Shown in pieces: positions 10,974-23,486 of a stretch of 64,000 nt of DNA. Source of the DNA: Podarcis vaucheri (taxonomy: Eukaryota); NCBI GenBank assembly GCA_965113315.1, contig OZ220363.1; one strand, written 5' to 3'. The notes under the pieces are model-generated. The model did not search any database. It was not told the DNA's origin and saw only the letters and a program-made list of their open reading frames with translations. The translations under genes and the position numbers were made by a program. Every line of letters starts with the position of its first letter. Positions within the stretch are counted from its first letter, which is position 1.

Positions 10974-13900
10974 TCAGGATATAAGAGCTTGCACGTTCTT
11001 GAGGGCTGCGTCCGGATCCGCCTTGTATAGCATGAAGTGGCCTTGAACTTGCGCGGCACTGATCTGATCAGAGGCAGACATGGCCTGTTTGGCAAACTCC
11101 TCGGCCGCAGCTGCTGGCTGGTCTGGGTAGAACCTCTGGAACATGCGCCCGAGCTGCCACTCTGAGCAGTATCCCACGTACTGCTTCAGGTCCACCCGGC
11201 CAGGGCGAACTAGGGCTGGATCGAGCCTGCAGGGAAAGAGAAGAAGACAAATGAGACTCAGCAAATGCTCAGGTGGGAAATCTGGTTCTCTATGCTCCTC
11301 TCACTTGGGGTATCATCTCCTTGTTCTCTCTCCAACCCCAAGAAGATACAGGGCTAGGGGAATCTGCTCTCCCCTTTATTTTTTTGAGCTACTCTCTAAA
11401 AGGCTATAAAGTAACAGTGCCTTGTAATTTAACTACACCCACGTCTTGCTGCACTCACCCATCATGCTCCTCTTTCTCCATACCTGCCAAGTTACCCATC
11501 CCCTCCTACAATCTCAGAGGAGTCTGCATGGAACCAGGAACAGTAAACAAGGACAGAACCAGATCTTCAGCTTCTGTGTTAAATGCTGCAAACCAGCATG
11601 ACCAAAGGAGCCAGAAGTCCATATGTATATATACCCCAGACCACTCCCTAGCAAGCATGACCCCAGCGTTACCCAAAGCCTTACCCAGCCAGTTTTAACT
11701 GGCTGACCCTGTCTGCTGAGCATTTGCTCTTCTACCCTGCACATGACTCCTTCAGCACCAGGCTTACATGGCTGGCAGAGTCCTGTGCTTGTGGGAGAGG
11801 ATGTGTCACAGGTCTTGGAGACTACAAGAGCCCCAAGATAAGATTCTCTTCCGTCTTCTTCTATAGTATAATCTTCTGGAACAGGAAGTGTGTCTTCATT
11901 CCTGCTGCCTTCCTCCTTTTTATACTTAAAATAGTTACCAGCTGGTCCCCAGAAAGGCAGACTTTGCCTCATAAAGACAGCACTTCCAAGGGGTGGGACA
12001 CAAACTGCCCTCCTCTGTTACTCACTGCAATCTCCTTCTTGACTGAGTTACAAGGAAGCTCATGGAGTTGCCTTGTGTGAGCTAGGGATGGACGGATCAG
12101 TTTATTTGGGGTCCATGTCCAAAGTGTTACAGGTGTTAAGTCTGCTCTGTTGCTTTTCCACTTTAAGATCTGTAAATTTTTTATTTAAAAAATCCATACA
12201 AAAATTCGTATTTAAAAATGCATTTTATTATAAATGCATATTTAAATAGTATTTATCACAGGGTATGCATCTCTAAATGCATTTCCTCCTAGAAAAATAA
12301 AAATAAAAATCTTAATGCATTTTGGGAACCAAGGACTGTATTGCAAAATTTGGAGGAGCTGAAGGATAATTGTGAATTCGTTTGGGAGATACAAATTTGG
12401 CTAGCTTGCTTGAAAATGCAGACAAAACAAAACTCTCCTCCACCCCTAGCTTGTCTTCACCTCAAAAACACCAATGGAGACATCTTAGGCACTGTGTTAC
12501 TTGAGGAATCCTTGGTCCCACCAAGGGAAGTGAACCCTTTGGATCGAACTGGCCTACCACCAAAGGGACTCCATTTGCAGGCTTCCTCCCAGCCACTGAG
12601 CGGTGAAGTAGGCTGATTTGCTGGAATACTGGTCCTGTGTGTGTGTGTGTGTGTGTGTGTGTAGCTGTTTCCCTGGCAAAACAACAGTCCTGCTCCTGTC
12701 TGCGTTTGGGCTACCGAGGGATTCAAAAACCTGTCTCAGGGGATACCTAGCTTCTCCTCGTGGCATGCTTTGGCACCGAATGTGAGAGGGTTGAGTGGAA
12801 TGGGTTGGGCGAGGTTATCATGGTGTTAGTGTCCTCACCACATGCCGGCTGGTGGTTTCAATGCGTCACCAGTGTGGGACTTCATGTTGTGAGGGGAAGG
12901 TGATGAAGGAATTTCTCTATGGGACTGTCAGTTGTTGCTACATTGTTTCCTCCCCCTCCCCCTTTCCCCTTCCTACTTCTGTTACAACAGTTTTGATTTA
13001 GCTGCTGGAGGAACGTAGAATCCTAAACCACTGTAGACTCCAGCCTATCAGCCACTACCTTCCTTGGGTGCCATTAAATGATCCTTCCCAAGCAAACTGT
13101 TATCTTCTGCAGCTAACAACCTCTCTATCTGCCCCATTTTCTGTGCAACGCTTCTGACCTGTCCACATGATTGGTGGTCATGAATACAATCCTTGCTTCG
13201 GAGGAAGCCACACCATCCAACGCGTTGAGAAGGCCACTGAAAGTCAGGCGTCCCATGCCTTGGTATGCGCTGGGGTCTGGAGGGAAACACAGCGGCACAG
13301 AGACAACTCAGAGGGAGACACTATAGGTACAGTTGTGACCAAGGGCTGCCCAAATTCTGTCTTGGTTTATAGCCTTCCAGGGGAAGGGCAACAATCCCAC
13401 TGTTGTGGTCTTATGTCACAGTAGTACCAGCTTTATGTTCCCTGCCTGATGTGCAGTGGCTTGCGAAATGTTCCTGACACACTGCTGTCCAAATAGATAC
13501 ATGAAGGGATCAGAGAAAATCGTGCCACCTGGTGGCAAAATGCAAGTCGATAGAAAGCAGGACAATAAACAGTCAGGATCCTATGTCCAAAGAAGGCTGG
13601 CAAAAAGAAGTGCCTCTAGGATCTCTGCTGGCGAATCTCTTCCACAGTGCAAAAGCTGTAAACTTGTCCCCAAGCGCCTGTCTTGTTTCAAGTCTCTCTT
13701 TGTATATGGATAACTGAATTGGAATAGGTGTCACATTAAAGCCTGCAGATAATTATTTATCATTATATTTATTCAATCTATTGGTAGCTCGCTACGTAAA
13801 AAGTATTGAAGTAACTCACAAAGTTTTAAAGACATAAAGCAAAAACAAAAACAAAAAAACCACTCAATAAGAAGAAAAGAGAGCAATACGTTGCATTTAA

Positions 13901-16900
13901 AAAGAAACTGTACCAAAATCCAGAGAACAGACACAGTAAAGAAGCAGGGGGGAAAACTTGGCAGCAAAGCCATCCAGCAAATCATCACCACCATCTGTCA
14001 AATACCTGAGTTAAGTTTTTACCTGGTGCCAAAAGAATTTTAATGATAGCCCCAAGAGGACCCCACTGTGAAGAGCATTCCACAAGTGGGGAGCCCTGAC
14101 TGGAACACCCTCTTCCTTGTCACCACACTCCAGACCTCCCTCAGAGTGGACACCAGTAGAGGATCAAAAAATGAAGGGTCTGGGTAGGTTTGTAAGGGAA
14201 GACATTTTCCAAAAGACATTGGTGTCCTGAGTCATTGACCCCTGTTTGTCAGTACCAGGTCACCAACCCGAATCCCATTGCAAAGTGCAGCTTGGAGGAA
14301 GGAGCTACTATTCAGCTCTCATTCCCCCCACTCTGAATGAACAATTAGCTTGGGAAAGTTGCTGCAGTGCAGCACTTAATCAGGATGCCTCCACAGAGTT
14401 ACAACACAGGGGTGATGAACGCTTGGTCCCAGCTCAGTCAGAGGCAGCAGAAAAGGGCAGCCTGGAACAAAAGAGTGGGGAGGCGCCATCTGCCTGTCAC
14501 TCACTTTCGGCAGCAAGATCCCGGCTGACGAAAGCAGCATCCACGTCCTCCAGGAGGATGATGCTCTGTTGAGGAGCTACGCTCAGGAGGTGGTTAAGAC
14601 GATCATCAGAGAGGCTGCGGTCGCTCAGGCTCAGGAGACAGATGCTGTACTCAAGTTCTCCAGCAAGGGCTGTGCTGTGATAGACAGAGAACAATGTTTC
14701 CGCTGAAGAAAACAATGACAACACCTTGTGCAAAGCTAAGCAGGGTAAGCTGTAGGGGAGTGATTCCTGACCAGGAGCTACACAAGTGCCCAGGGAGGTA
14801 CCCTCAGAGACTGTATCCATGGGCAAATCCTTTGAGAAAAGGGGGTTTTTTGGAAGGAAAGCTGAGGACATGGTACTCACATGAAACTGCTCTTTCCACA
14901 ACCTGGGGGCCCGTACAGCAGGTATCCTCTCCGATAGGGGATTCCTACAGACAAAGAGGCTAGTCAAAAGGCAGAAAACGCAGCCTATTCCAACTTCTTT
15001 TGAAATCTGAGCTACCATCTCACACCCGAGAATAAGAATGAGCTGATCGATGATGCCTTGAGCTCACCCCATAGTGGCCAATTCCAGTTGCTGAGAAAGA
15101 AATATATTGCACAGGGCCCTGACAGAGTACCCAATATCCTGCCACCCTAAAGGTTTAGCACTACTTTAACCCACTTGGCAAAGAGTTGATACAAAGTATT
15201 GTGGCAAATGCCAGAAACTTAGTAAACATTTGGTTTATCAGTACTTGGCTGTGCAGAGACGAGCCAGGACAGTCTCTCTCGTAGGAAAGTAAGGGATAGT
15301 TCCTAATTCTCAAGGCCTGGGACTATGCAGGGGCTGTTGTAGAGACAGCAATGAGGTTAGAAGAAGCTTCCCACTACACTCATGTCAGAGATGAGTTGCG
15401 AGTGCTAGTGGAGATAAGAGTCCGGGAATCCAGCCATATTTACAAGATTTATTGCTTCTTTCGTGCTATGTACAATCAGCTTTGAAAGTCCGTTCCGGTC
15501 ATGGCAAGTCAGTTGCCTCGACTAAAGTTGCTTTCGGTTTTCCCCAGCATAACCACCTCCTAAGCCCAACCCCCCCTCCTTCCTCTCTTACGAGAGTGGC
15601 TTGGCCCTGGAAGTGCCTTCCCCCTCTCAGATTCATTGCCTCCTGACAGCCTGTCGTCTCCTTCCTCGTCCGAGGAAGAACAGCTACTAATTAATGGAGG
15701 TTTGTCTCAATACGTTTCCATTCTCTCCCCCTTCTCTGCCTCCCATTCCCTGACAACTCATAAGAAGAGAGAGGTCCCGCTGCCCTCATAAGAACAGAGA
15801 GACATCAGCACAGTTGGGAGTCCAAAGCAGGAAGAAGGCGCAGGCAGGTTGGAAATGACAGGGATGCAGAAGGCAGCAGAGATGCCTTTGGGCACAATAG
15901 CAGAGGACATTGAGAATGATAATCTGGGCTAAATAATGGGATATGCTGGCTCTGTAAGTGGCATCCCACCTGCCTTAATTTAGCTCATAAAGGAAAAGCT
16001 CAGGTTGTGAGGGTATCTGAATGTCGCTCCCTGAAAAGTAAACTCACCTCGATCAATGTACCACTTGGGGTTACCAGTGAACTCTTGCACATCCCGCACA
16101 ATTCTCTCGGACACTCCTTTCTCAAGCACTACAGAGGTGAGCGGACGCCGACGTCGTGGGAAACCAAATGGCCGCCATTCAGCTCCCATGGCTGTGTACA
16201 TGACCGTCTTTCCTTCTTGCTGCCTCAGAGCCAATTCTTTGGCTGCAGAGAAAGGAACAAAGCTGAGGAAAGGGAGCTAACTGCACATCTGGATACAGGT
16301 GGGAAGGAGGAAGAGGGAAATCGCCTGTCTGCTAAATATAACAAAGGAAGGATGCAAGGAAGCATCACCAAAGAGAATGTGTCAGTTTGGAGGGTAGCCC
16401 CAGCTCTAAGTAGGGGTACTTAAGGAACTGGAGTTCTGTGAATTCTGATGCAGAGTGATATAATTTGTACCTCCTGGAATCAGGTGCAGAACAGAACATA
16501 ACTAGCCATCAGACTTTGGCCTTCTCTAAATTTTGAAATACAGTTTTCAGTTCAAAAAATGCCCAACGGCCTGAAAAATGCATAATTTGGAATAAAATAC
16601 ATTTAGAAGTGCATACAATGAGCTACAATTGTAGCTACTTCATAAAAATATATTTAGGTATGTATTTAAACATGATTTTTTCATATTTATTTTTTTAAAT
16701 TGTAGATTAATGCAGAAACAGGATGGAATGGACTTACTAAAGAACACATGTAAAACAAACCTGGGTCCAGAAATAGACTGATCTATTCATCCCTAGCGCC
16801 AACATCATCATTAAATGTATTACCCATCCTTGCCAGCCTACAACCAAGGAGAGCTATTGTACCTTCCTGCAGGATGTTGAAGAAAACTTCTCGGTTGCTA

Positions 16901-17469
16901 CCGATTGCTGTGAAGGTGACAGATTCCCAAGGGGTGCCCGTATGCAGGTCAATCATTTGTTTCTCCCGGTTCCGTTCAATACGGATCCACTTCCTTTTAT
17001 ACCTGGAAGCAGAGCAGGGAACATGTGAACAGGAACTGGTGGTGGGGAGACAACTGGACGAGCAAGCATGCAATATTCATGACCACCACTTCCTTATTAG
17101 CCCTGCAATACTTCTGTCCATCCCAAAGACATTCCATGGCCTCACTTACCAAATGAAATGGTTCCCAGGGCTGGGGATAAAGTCAAACTTGGTACTGATA
17201 CGGCCACTCTCATGCTGCAGGTATGAGGTCTCCACGCTCAGGTGCTGGGTGTGCTTTGCATGGTGAGAGATCCAGCTCAGCAGCCAGTGGTAACTCTTGT
17301 CCTTGCTTGGCACCTCTAGGGTGATCATACAATGCCGCCTGAAAGCCACCAAGCCAAGCTGTGCCCCTTTACGGGCCAGGGCCAAGGCTGTACCTACACC
17401 CACCAGGCCAAAGCCTGCTCCGAAGTATGGATTGTCCTTCAGGGCCGAGACAAAGTCAGAAAAGGGCAT
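10974..17469 (-). CDS. BCS1L: Mitochondrial AAA chaperone BCS1L. Coding exons 17150-17469, 16863-17002, 16048-16242, 14881-14944, 14505-14674, 13159-13276, 10974-11226 (1260 nt, 419 aa)
   Basis: [27 protein letters not shown]-terminus, Walker A GPPGCGKS, Walker [19 protein letters not shown]. All introns are GT-AG with consistent phases, and the length equals human BCS1L (419 aa). Non-coding first exon probably about 19717-19770 (donor gtgagg), spliced to the acceptor at 17526. Confidence 0.98.
12636..12662. repeat. (TG)n microsatellite
   Basis: Seen directly. Confidence 0.95.
13755..14240 (-). mobile_element. L2 LINE 3' fragment (decayed)
   Basis: (TTA/TTTA) tail and gttttacctggtgcc...agagcattccacaag...ggagcc, similar to the reverse complement of the L2 at 38390-38480. 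Confidence 0.5.
15383..15755 (-). mobile_element. Solo LTR (Gypsy-type, 373 bp) in a BCS1L intron
   Basis: TGTCAG...CTGACA termini; perfect 5-bp TSD ACTCA (15378-15382 / 15756-15760); minus-strand AATAAA at 15448-15453. Confidence 0.85.
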
Positions 17470-17648
17470 TGTTGTGGGTGGGGAAATAACTCCAGTGCTA
17501 AAGAGCCATTCCCAGCAGCATTTCTTCTAAACACCATAACAACACATGGAGAGGAAGAGAAAAAAAACAACAAATTAATTATGAAGTTATGGGTGGCAAG
17601 TATATTGGTTACCAGAAGACAAGCTTTATTGACAAATTCTCTTTAACC

Positions 17649-17781
17649 CAGGTGTGGGGAACTTTGACCCTCCAGATGTTGCTGATCTACAACACCTTCC
17701 CTGGCCATTGGCTATGCTTGCTGGGGCTGATGGGAGTTGGAGTTCAGCAACATCTGGAGAGCCAAAGTCTCACCACACCTG
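17649..17781. mobile_element. Short palindromic hAT MITE (cagatgttgctg...actacaactccc family)
   Basis: TIR CAGGTGTGG / CCACACCTG; 8-bp TSD ctttaacc/ctttagcc. Related copies at about 37101-37397, 40670-40790, 44178-44297, 50300-50490, 52040-52155, 56857-56971 and 62221-62347. Confidence 0.75.
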
Positions 17782-18435
17782 CTTTAGCCTCTTTCATGCT
17801 ACCTTATTTTAGCAAAATAAATACCCTGGCAGATCCCTCCCCACTGGAAAACCAGAATACAAGTAATTATGCATACATACTCACAAATTCAGCTTCCTTC
17901 TCTATAGTAGTTTGAAAGATTGCAAAGCAAGGCTGCCACCATTTTGGCTTGTGTAAAGAAAACTGGATATTCCCTAGCTTGCTTTTGTTGGTGTAATCTG
18001 GAAAAATTGGTGAAATTGCACTCCGTGCTTGGGCCGTGTCTTCAGCAGCCCATTCCCCATTCTGTTAAGTTAGCACACCGGCTTCACTGGGTGGCTTAAA
18101 ATAGTCGAAGGCTAAATGCCTGGAGCGTCTCTCATTCATCTTCTCTTTCTCTAATGTGTGTATGTGCAAAGATGGGTATAAAGCCAAGGCTGCAGCAGCA
18201 TTGGCAGGAGTATGAGGTATTCACTGAGAAGAGGCTTTGCTCAGTGCAAGGTACCAGCAGAGAAGCTGAAGGTTACATGCTGTGTGGTTCCGTATAGCAT
18301 GCTGAGCTTGTTAGGATTCTTGCTCTGTGCTTGCAGTCATGGGATTGTTTTATGTTACATGATGGTGTATGTTTTCATTCCACATTGTGGGAAGTGGTGG
18401 AGACAGAGCTAGCGTGGTAAAGTTTTACTTCTAAT

Positions 18436-18676
18436 TAGTCAAACCTCGGTTGTCGAACATAATCCATTCTGGAAGACCGTTCAACTTCCGAAACGTTCGA
18501 TAACCGAGGTGTGGCTTCTGATTGGTTGCAAGAGCTTCTTGCACTTGAGCAGAAGCCGTGTCAGATGTTTGGGTTCCGAAAAACGTTCAAAAACCAGAGC
18601 ATTTAATTTCAGGTTTTCAGCATTTGGAAGGTGAAACGTATCATAACGGAAGTGTTTGGGAACTGAGATTTGACTG
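18436..18676. mobile_element. Tc1/mariner (Tigger/pogo-like) MITE
   Basis: Degenerate TIRs agtcaaacctcggtt / aactgagatttgactg; internal ggaagaccgttc..cttccgaaacgttc shared with the copy at 43876-44130. Confidence 0.65.
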
Positions 18677-19549
18677 TGTAGTAGAATAGTTCATGATGTA
18701 CCAGCATCTCTTAAAAGTTTATGTAGCTAGGGTGTTTATACTTATCTTAAACACAATAAACACTTTATACTTTGAATTGAACTGAATGGGGAAGAAGTCT
18801 TCTTAACCAGGAATTCTATCTGCTTTCTCCACATCATGCATAATTTTATATAACATGGTCCCCTTTACCTGTTCTTTTCCTGAACTAACGTTCCCCCCCA
18901 CCATTGTAGTTCTTTATCATAGGGAAGTTGCTCTATTTGGACTGCCCTTTTCTAGCTCAAATGCTTAGGCATGCCCAATGAAGTTTTTGATTTCTTGGGC
19001 AGACCCCCTCCCCATGCTACCACAATCAAATTTTGAAAGGTCACTCAAAAGTAGCTTGTTGTGTGACCCAGAAAGCTAGCTATCGGTATTTGAGAAACAT
19101 AGCTCAGAAACTAGTTACTGCGCCAAATACATGTGCACCAAATAGTAGATCAACCATGTTTTGCAGCTCATAATCACTTTGAATTTCTTCTGTTTGTGAG
19201 TTAGCATTTTGTCTGCTCTGTGGAGCTTGATGTTTATTTCCAATAGCATTTGTGGAAAGTAGAAACTGAAATGATGCTCTCTGAACAATTTCATTACTTG
19301 TGTGTGTGTCTTTTTGGAAAGTCAGCCACAGCCCAAATGTTGTTTGCTGGTCTGGAAACATTTGCCTACCACGACTAGAGATAGGAAGATTTATAATACT
19401 TTTCTCCACACTTTTAAAAGGGGTGCGATGCTGAGGAGGAAACCTCTCTATGGGGTTAAGTCCCATTGAGTCCAATGGAACTGACTCCCGGCTGAAATGA
19501 TGCAGGGTCTCAGGCTCAATTTCCTGTCTCGAAAGGAGAATCGTCTGAA

Positions 19550-20480
19550 CCCGCCACCCTTTTCTCTTGCAGCACTTAATCGCCCCCATAGCATCAAGAG
19601 GGTCCTCTCCTGCGTGCCCCCTTCCACACGCCCGGCATAAAGGAACAACACCCGCAGACATGGACTATGGAACACGCTCTCCACGCATTAAAGTTCGCCT
19701 CCCCAATAGACCTCACCTCCAGATAGCGCCTCTCTTGCCTTGCTTTTCTCTATGGTTCTTTTGACCGGAAACAATTCTTTTCTCTACTCTATCGTCCCCT
19801 TAGATATAGAGATATGAAAATGTATAAAGTTATAAATGTATATTGGCATAAATATCTTTTGATGATGATTCTCTACAAATGCATAATGGCAGTCGTTTTG
19901 ACATCTTCGGGGTGAATCCTCTGTATATCTTGCAGTAGGAACGAGAATTCGATCCTAAATCAGAAGTAACGATAAGGGTAGTGTGCAACTCTTATCTTTT
20001 TCTATCTCTACGATAACCTCCAGCTTCAAAAGGCGGAAGTTGAACCGAAGTCAGCATTTCCTGTGCTTATATGTGACAGCAGAGCGGACGCGTTTTCCGG
20101 CACTCTATGGTCCCTGAGGGAGCGTTACGTGTCTGTATTTTTTCCTTCGCGGTTGCGCCATCCCAACCATTTGCCTGCCTGCCTGGGTTCTGGACTTGCG
20201 AGGTGAAGATTAACCCCTTTAAAGCGGTTACGGCAATCCCTGGAAGTCGCTCTGGAAAGCTTCCCTTTATGGTGCCGCCTCTGGTCCTGGAACGTCAGTC
20301 AGCAGTTACCATAGAGTTGCGGGGTGGGAGCGGGCTCTGGGCGGCACAAAGGGGGGAGGGGGGACGCTCTTCCTTCGGTGGGGGGGTGAGTGAAAGGAAG
20401 AGCTTTTGTTTTGTTTTAATTGGGGAGGGGCTGTGGGGCTCCTCGTTGGCCTAGGAAGGCGGTGGGCAAGCAAGCCAAAG
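19550..20480. promoter_or_regulatory. Bidirectional CpG-rich promoter of BCS1L (-) and ZNF142 (+)
   Basis: CpG enrichment; ETS/GABP-type motifs CCGGAA 19765-19770, GGCGGAAGT 20032-20040 and TTCCGG 20095-20100; divergent splice donors at 19716 (-) and 20386 (+); head-to-head arrangement as in human. Confidence 0.75.
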
Positions 20481-21104
20481 AGGGAAAGGGAAGGAGGTGC
20501 CCAGTGGTGAGTTGACTTGGGTGGGCCCTCCAAGACTCTCACGGCATAGCTGTCAACTTTTCCCTTTTCTTGCAAGGAATCCTATTCGGAATAAGGGAAC
20601 TTCCCTTAAAAAAAGGGAAACGTTGGCAACTATGTCTCACGGGGTGCAAGGAAGGCAAAAGGTGCTCCCAGAGACTCATTGGCCCCCTAATGCTGTTGTA
20701 TGTGTGCTTTGTAATGGGGTTGGGGCGGGCAGGTCATGGCCTGAAAAGGAAGGGGCCCCCACAGGGCTAAGCTGAGCCCTGGAGTTGGTTACTGGCCATT
20801 CTGCCTCAGGCATCCTCGTTCATCCTTTCCCTTAAAATATCCGTGATTTTTCTCTCTTTCTCTTCCCTTGCACTTCAGAGAGCAGTAAAGATGGCCCAAG
20901 CCTGGCACTGGGAGCCTGAACGGCTGCAGAAGAAGCCCACCAGGAGAAGGAGAGGAAACCGGGTGTGTAAGTTCAGCCTCATTGTCTTAAAGCCCACTTC
21001 ACCACCCAGTCAGGTGGCCAGATTCCTGCAGGGCTGCTTTACCCCAACTAGTTGGGATCACTTGCCAACTGCTATCCAAAAACATGCAGGAGAGGGGATA
21101 TGGT

Positions 21105-21420
21105 AAGATGTGTATAAAACAATGCATGGTGTAGAGAAGGCAAACAGAACCATGCTTTTCCCCTTCCCTCCTAATACTGGAACCTGGGGTCATCTAATGG
21201 AGCTGAAGGATAGGAGATTCAGGATATACAGAAGGAAGGACTTCTTTATACAGTGTGTAATTAAGGTATGGAACTCACCGCCACAATATGTAGTGGTAGC
21301 CAATAACTCGTGTTACTTTAAGAAGGGAGCTTGACAAATTCACAGACAATAAGGCTATTAGTGGCTTCTAGGTGTGATGGCTGTATTTTGCCTCTAGGTT
21401 CAGGGATATCATGTTTCTAA
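21105..21420 (+). mobile_element. CR1 LINE 3' fragment
   Basis: Peptide VYKTMHGVEK...TWGHLMEL...RFR..RRKDFFIQCVIKVWNSPPQYVV...FKKG is the typical CR1 ORF2 C-terminus. Confidence 0.85.
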
Positions 21421-22725
21421 AGGGGGAACAATAGTGGGCGAAAGTTTGGCAGAAGCTGACAGAACTTTTAATTCTAAATGGGCAGTGCCCTTCATTTTTT
21501 CTGGAAGTTTTGCTAATCGTAGAAATAACTATATCATCAAGCATACATGGCACTTGCATATCTAGCACGCTGTTACTTATGTTAATTTGGTCTGGAATCT
21601 TTCCTCTAAACAGTCTTGGGCATGATTATCTACAGATGCATGCCAAAATGATTAGGTAACATATTTGTGAGTTTTACTGTGTGCCAGTAGGCAGTTCTGT
21701 GTGCTGTTCTTACAGGAAGCAAATTCAAACCCCCAAAATGTATGTCCCAGTGAGTGTCTAATCCTGGAAATTAGCTTTTCATCCAGTTACAACTGCCCAT
21801 CTCTGAGCCAGGTTTATCTGGAATAAATGCGGTGGAGTTCAGCTCTATGTGAAACTATTACCAAAGTGTTTAGACTCCAAGTTTTGAAGAAAGAATTCTG
21901 GAGCGAGTGTTCCTATTGATTAAAGTACTGGGCCCTACACAGGAAAAATTAACATACCTTTACCAGCTAGAGTGAAAAAGAACAGCTTGGATTTATATGT
22001 ATAATCTTGTACAGGAAGAAGTCTGCAGGATTGTAGTGTTGGGCTCTGCTGTGTTGCTAAAGCAGAACATTCTGCATATTGGTTCTGGGATGTAAAATGT
22101 TTTGCAGTAATGGAGATGCTTTTAACTGAGCTAATAGAAGACAGTAGACTGTGCTGGCCCGTGGAAGTAGACTGGCAAAACCTCTTCAGGCTGTGAGGGT
22201 GGGCTGCAAATAACCCAATAAATTGCTGTCTTACCTAATGGTAGAGCAAGCCCCATTATGTTTTGACAGCCTAGATGCAGCGATAAAGACTATTAAAGTG
22301 TTTTCAGCTCTAAATTCTTCAGCAGTTTGCCTTAAGCCCTCCATACGGTTGGGTTTTAGTCTATTCCAGAGTTGATTGTAAAAACCACTGACATAGCTGC
22401 ATAAACTTTCATCTTTCCTCTGTGCTTCTCTTCTCCAGGAAAGTAAATCTGTGAATATCCTGAATTTTCCCATCCTGAACCAAATACTGTCCTGTTGAGC
22501 TTTCTACTTAAGCAGACATAGTTGCCAACTCTAATAGCTGCCTAATACTAACAAAGCTAACAGTTACTATTGGGCATTACAAAACCACCCCATACTCATT
22601 TATTTGAAAAACTTAATCCTTGGTTGCTTCTCTTCAGGACAGCAATGGTACCATTTTCTTGCTATGTTTTTAACAGGAGCTGTACCCCACTTTATGTCAT
22701 GGTGCAAGGCTACACTGAGGAGTGA

Positions 22726-23430
22726 ATGACAATGAGCACAGGAGCAGTTACAACGGAACCTGTGGGAGGAGACAAGATGAACGCACTATGCCAGGAGCTC
22801 TTGCTACCCGGCTCAACAGATGCAGGAAATGAGAACAGCCATGGCATCTCCAGTGAGAACTTAGTGGTGGGACAAAGCTTGCTTTTAACAGAGGCTTCTG
22901 TGGTAGGAACAGAAACTGCTGGTGTTGAAATATTTGTAGAAGCCGTGACTAGCAGCATGTCCCTCAGCAATCCTGGCAGCACTACAGGTATGTTGTGCCC
23001 TGATAGGTCTTCGTAACCATGTAAGAATGAACCACTTTGTCACTGTCATCTTTTACTGTGAGTGGTTTCTGTCATGTAGCATTTGTATTGTAAAGGAGCA
23101 GCAGAAAGAAGCCTTAGGATCTTAGGTCTGGTACAAAAGGCCAAGAGACCTGTGAAAGAGTAGCCTGGCTTTTCTGCACCTGATGCTGTATTCTGTATTT
23201 TAACAGCACAAGTGCTGAGGAGCATGAGGGGTATAGGAGATGGGAGAGTGCAGTGCGGTGCCTTGGAGCACGTCAAGAGCATAGGATTTGCAGGGTACCA
23301 TATTTACAGCAAAGTAGGGTGGGACGTTTAATGAAGGAGAAGACACCACTTACAGGGATGTTTAGGTGGTGGCATGTGGGAAGGGGGCTTAGGTGTTGAG
23401 GAGTTGGAAGCTTACAAGGGGGTGATTGGC

Positions 23431-23486
<56 letters not shown>

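Noticed and set aside
19807-20010. Imperfect 13-bp inverted repeat flanking the AT-rich core of the bidirectional promoter (possible MITE)
   Set aside because: Short, gapped and AT-rich with no clear TSD; could be chance
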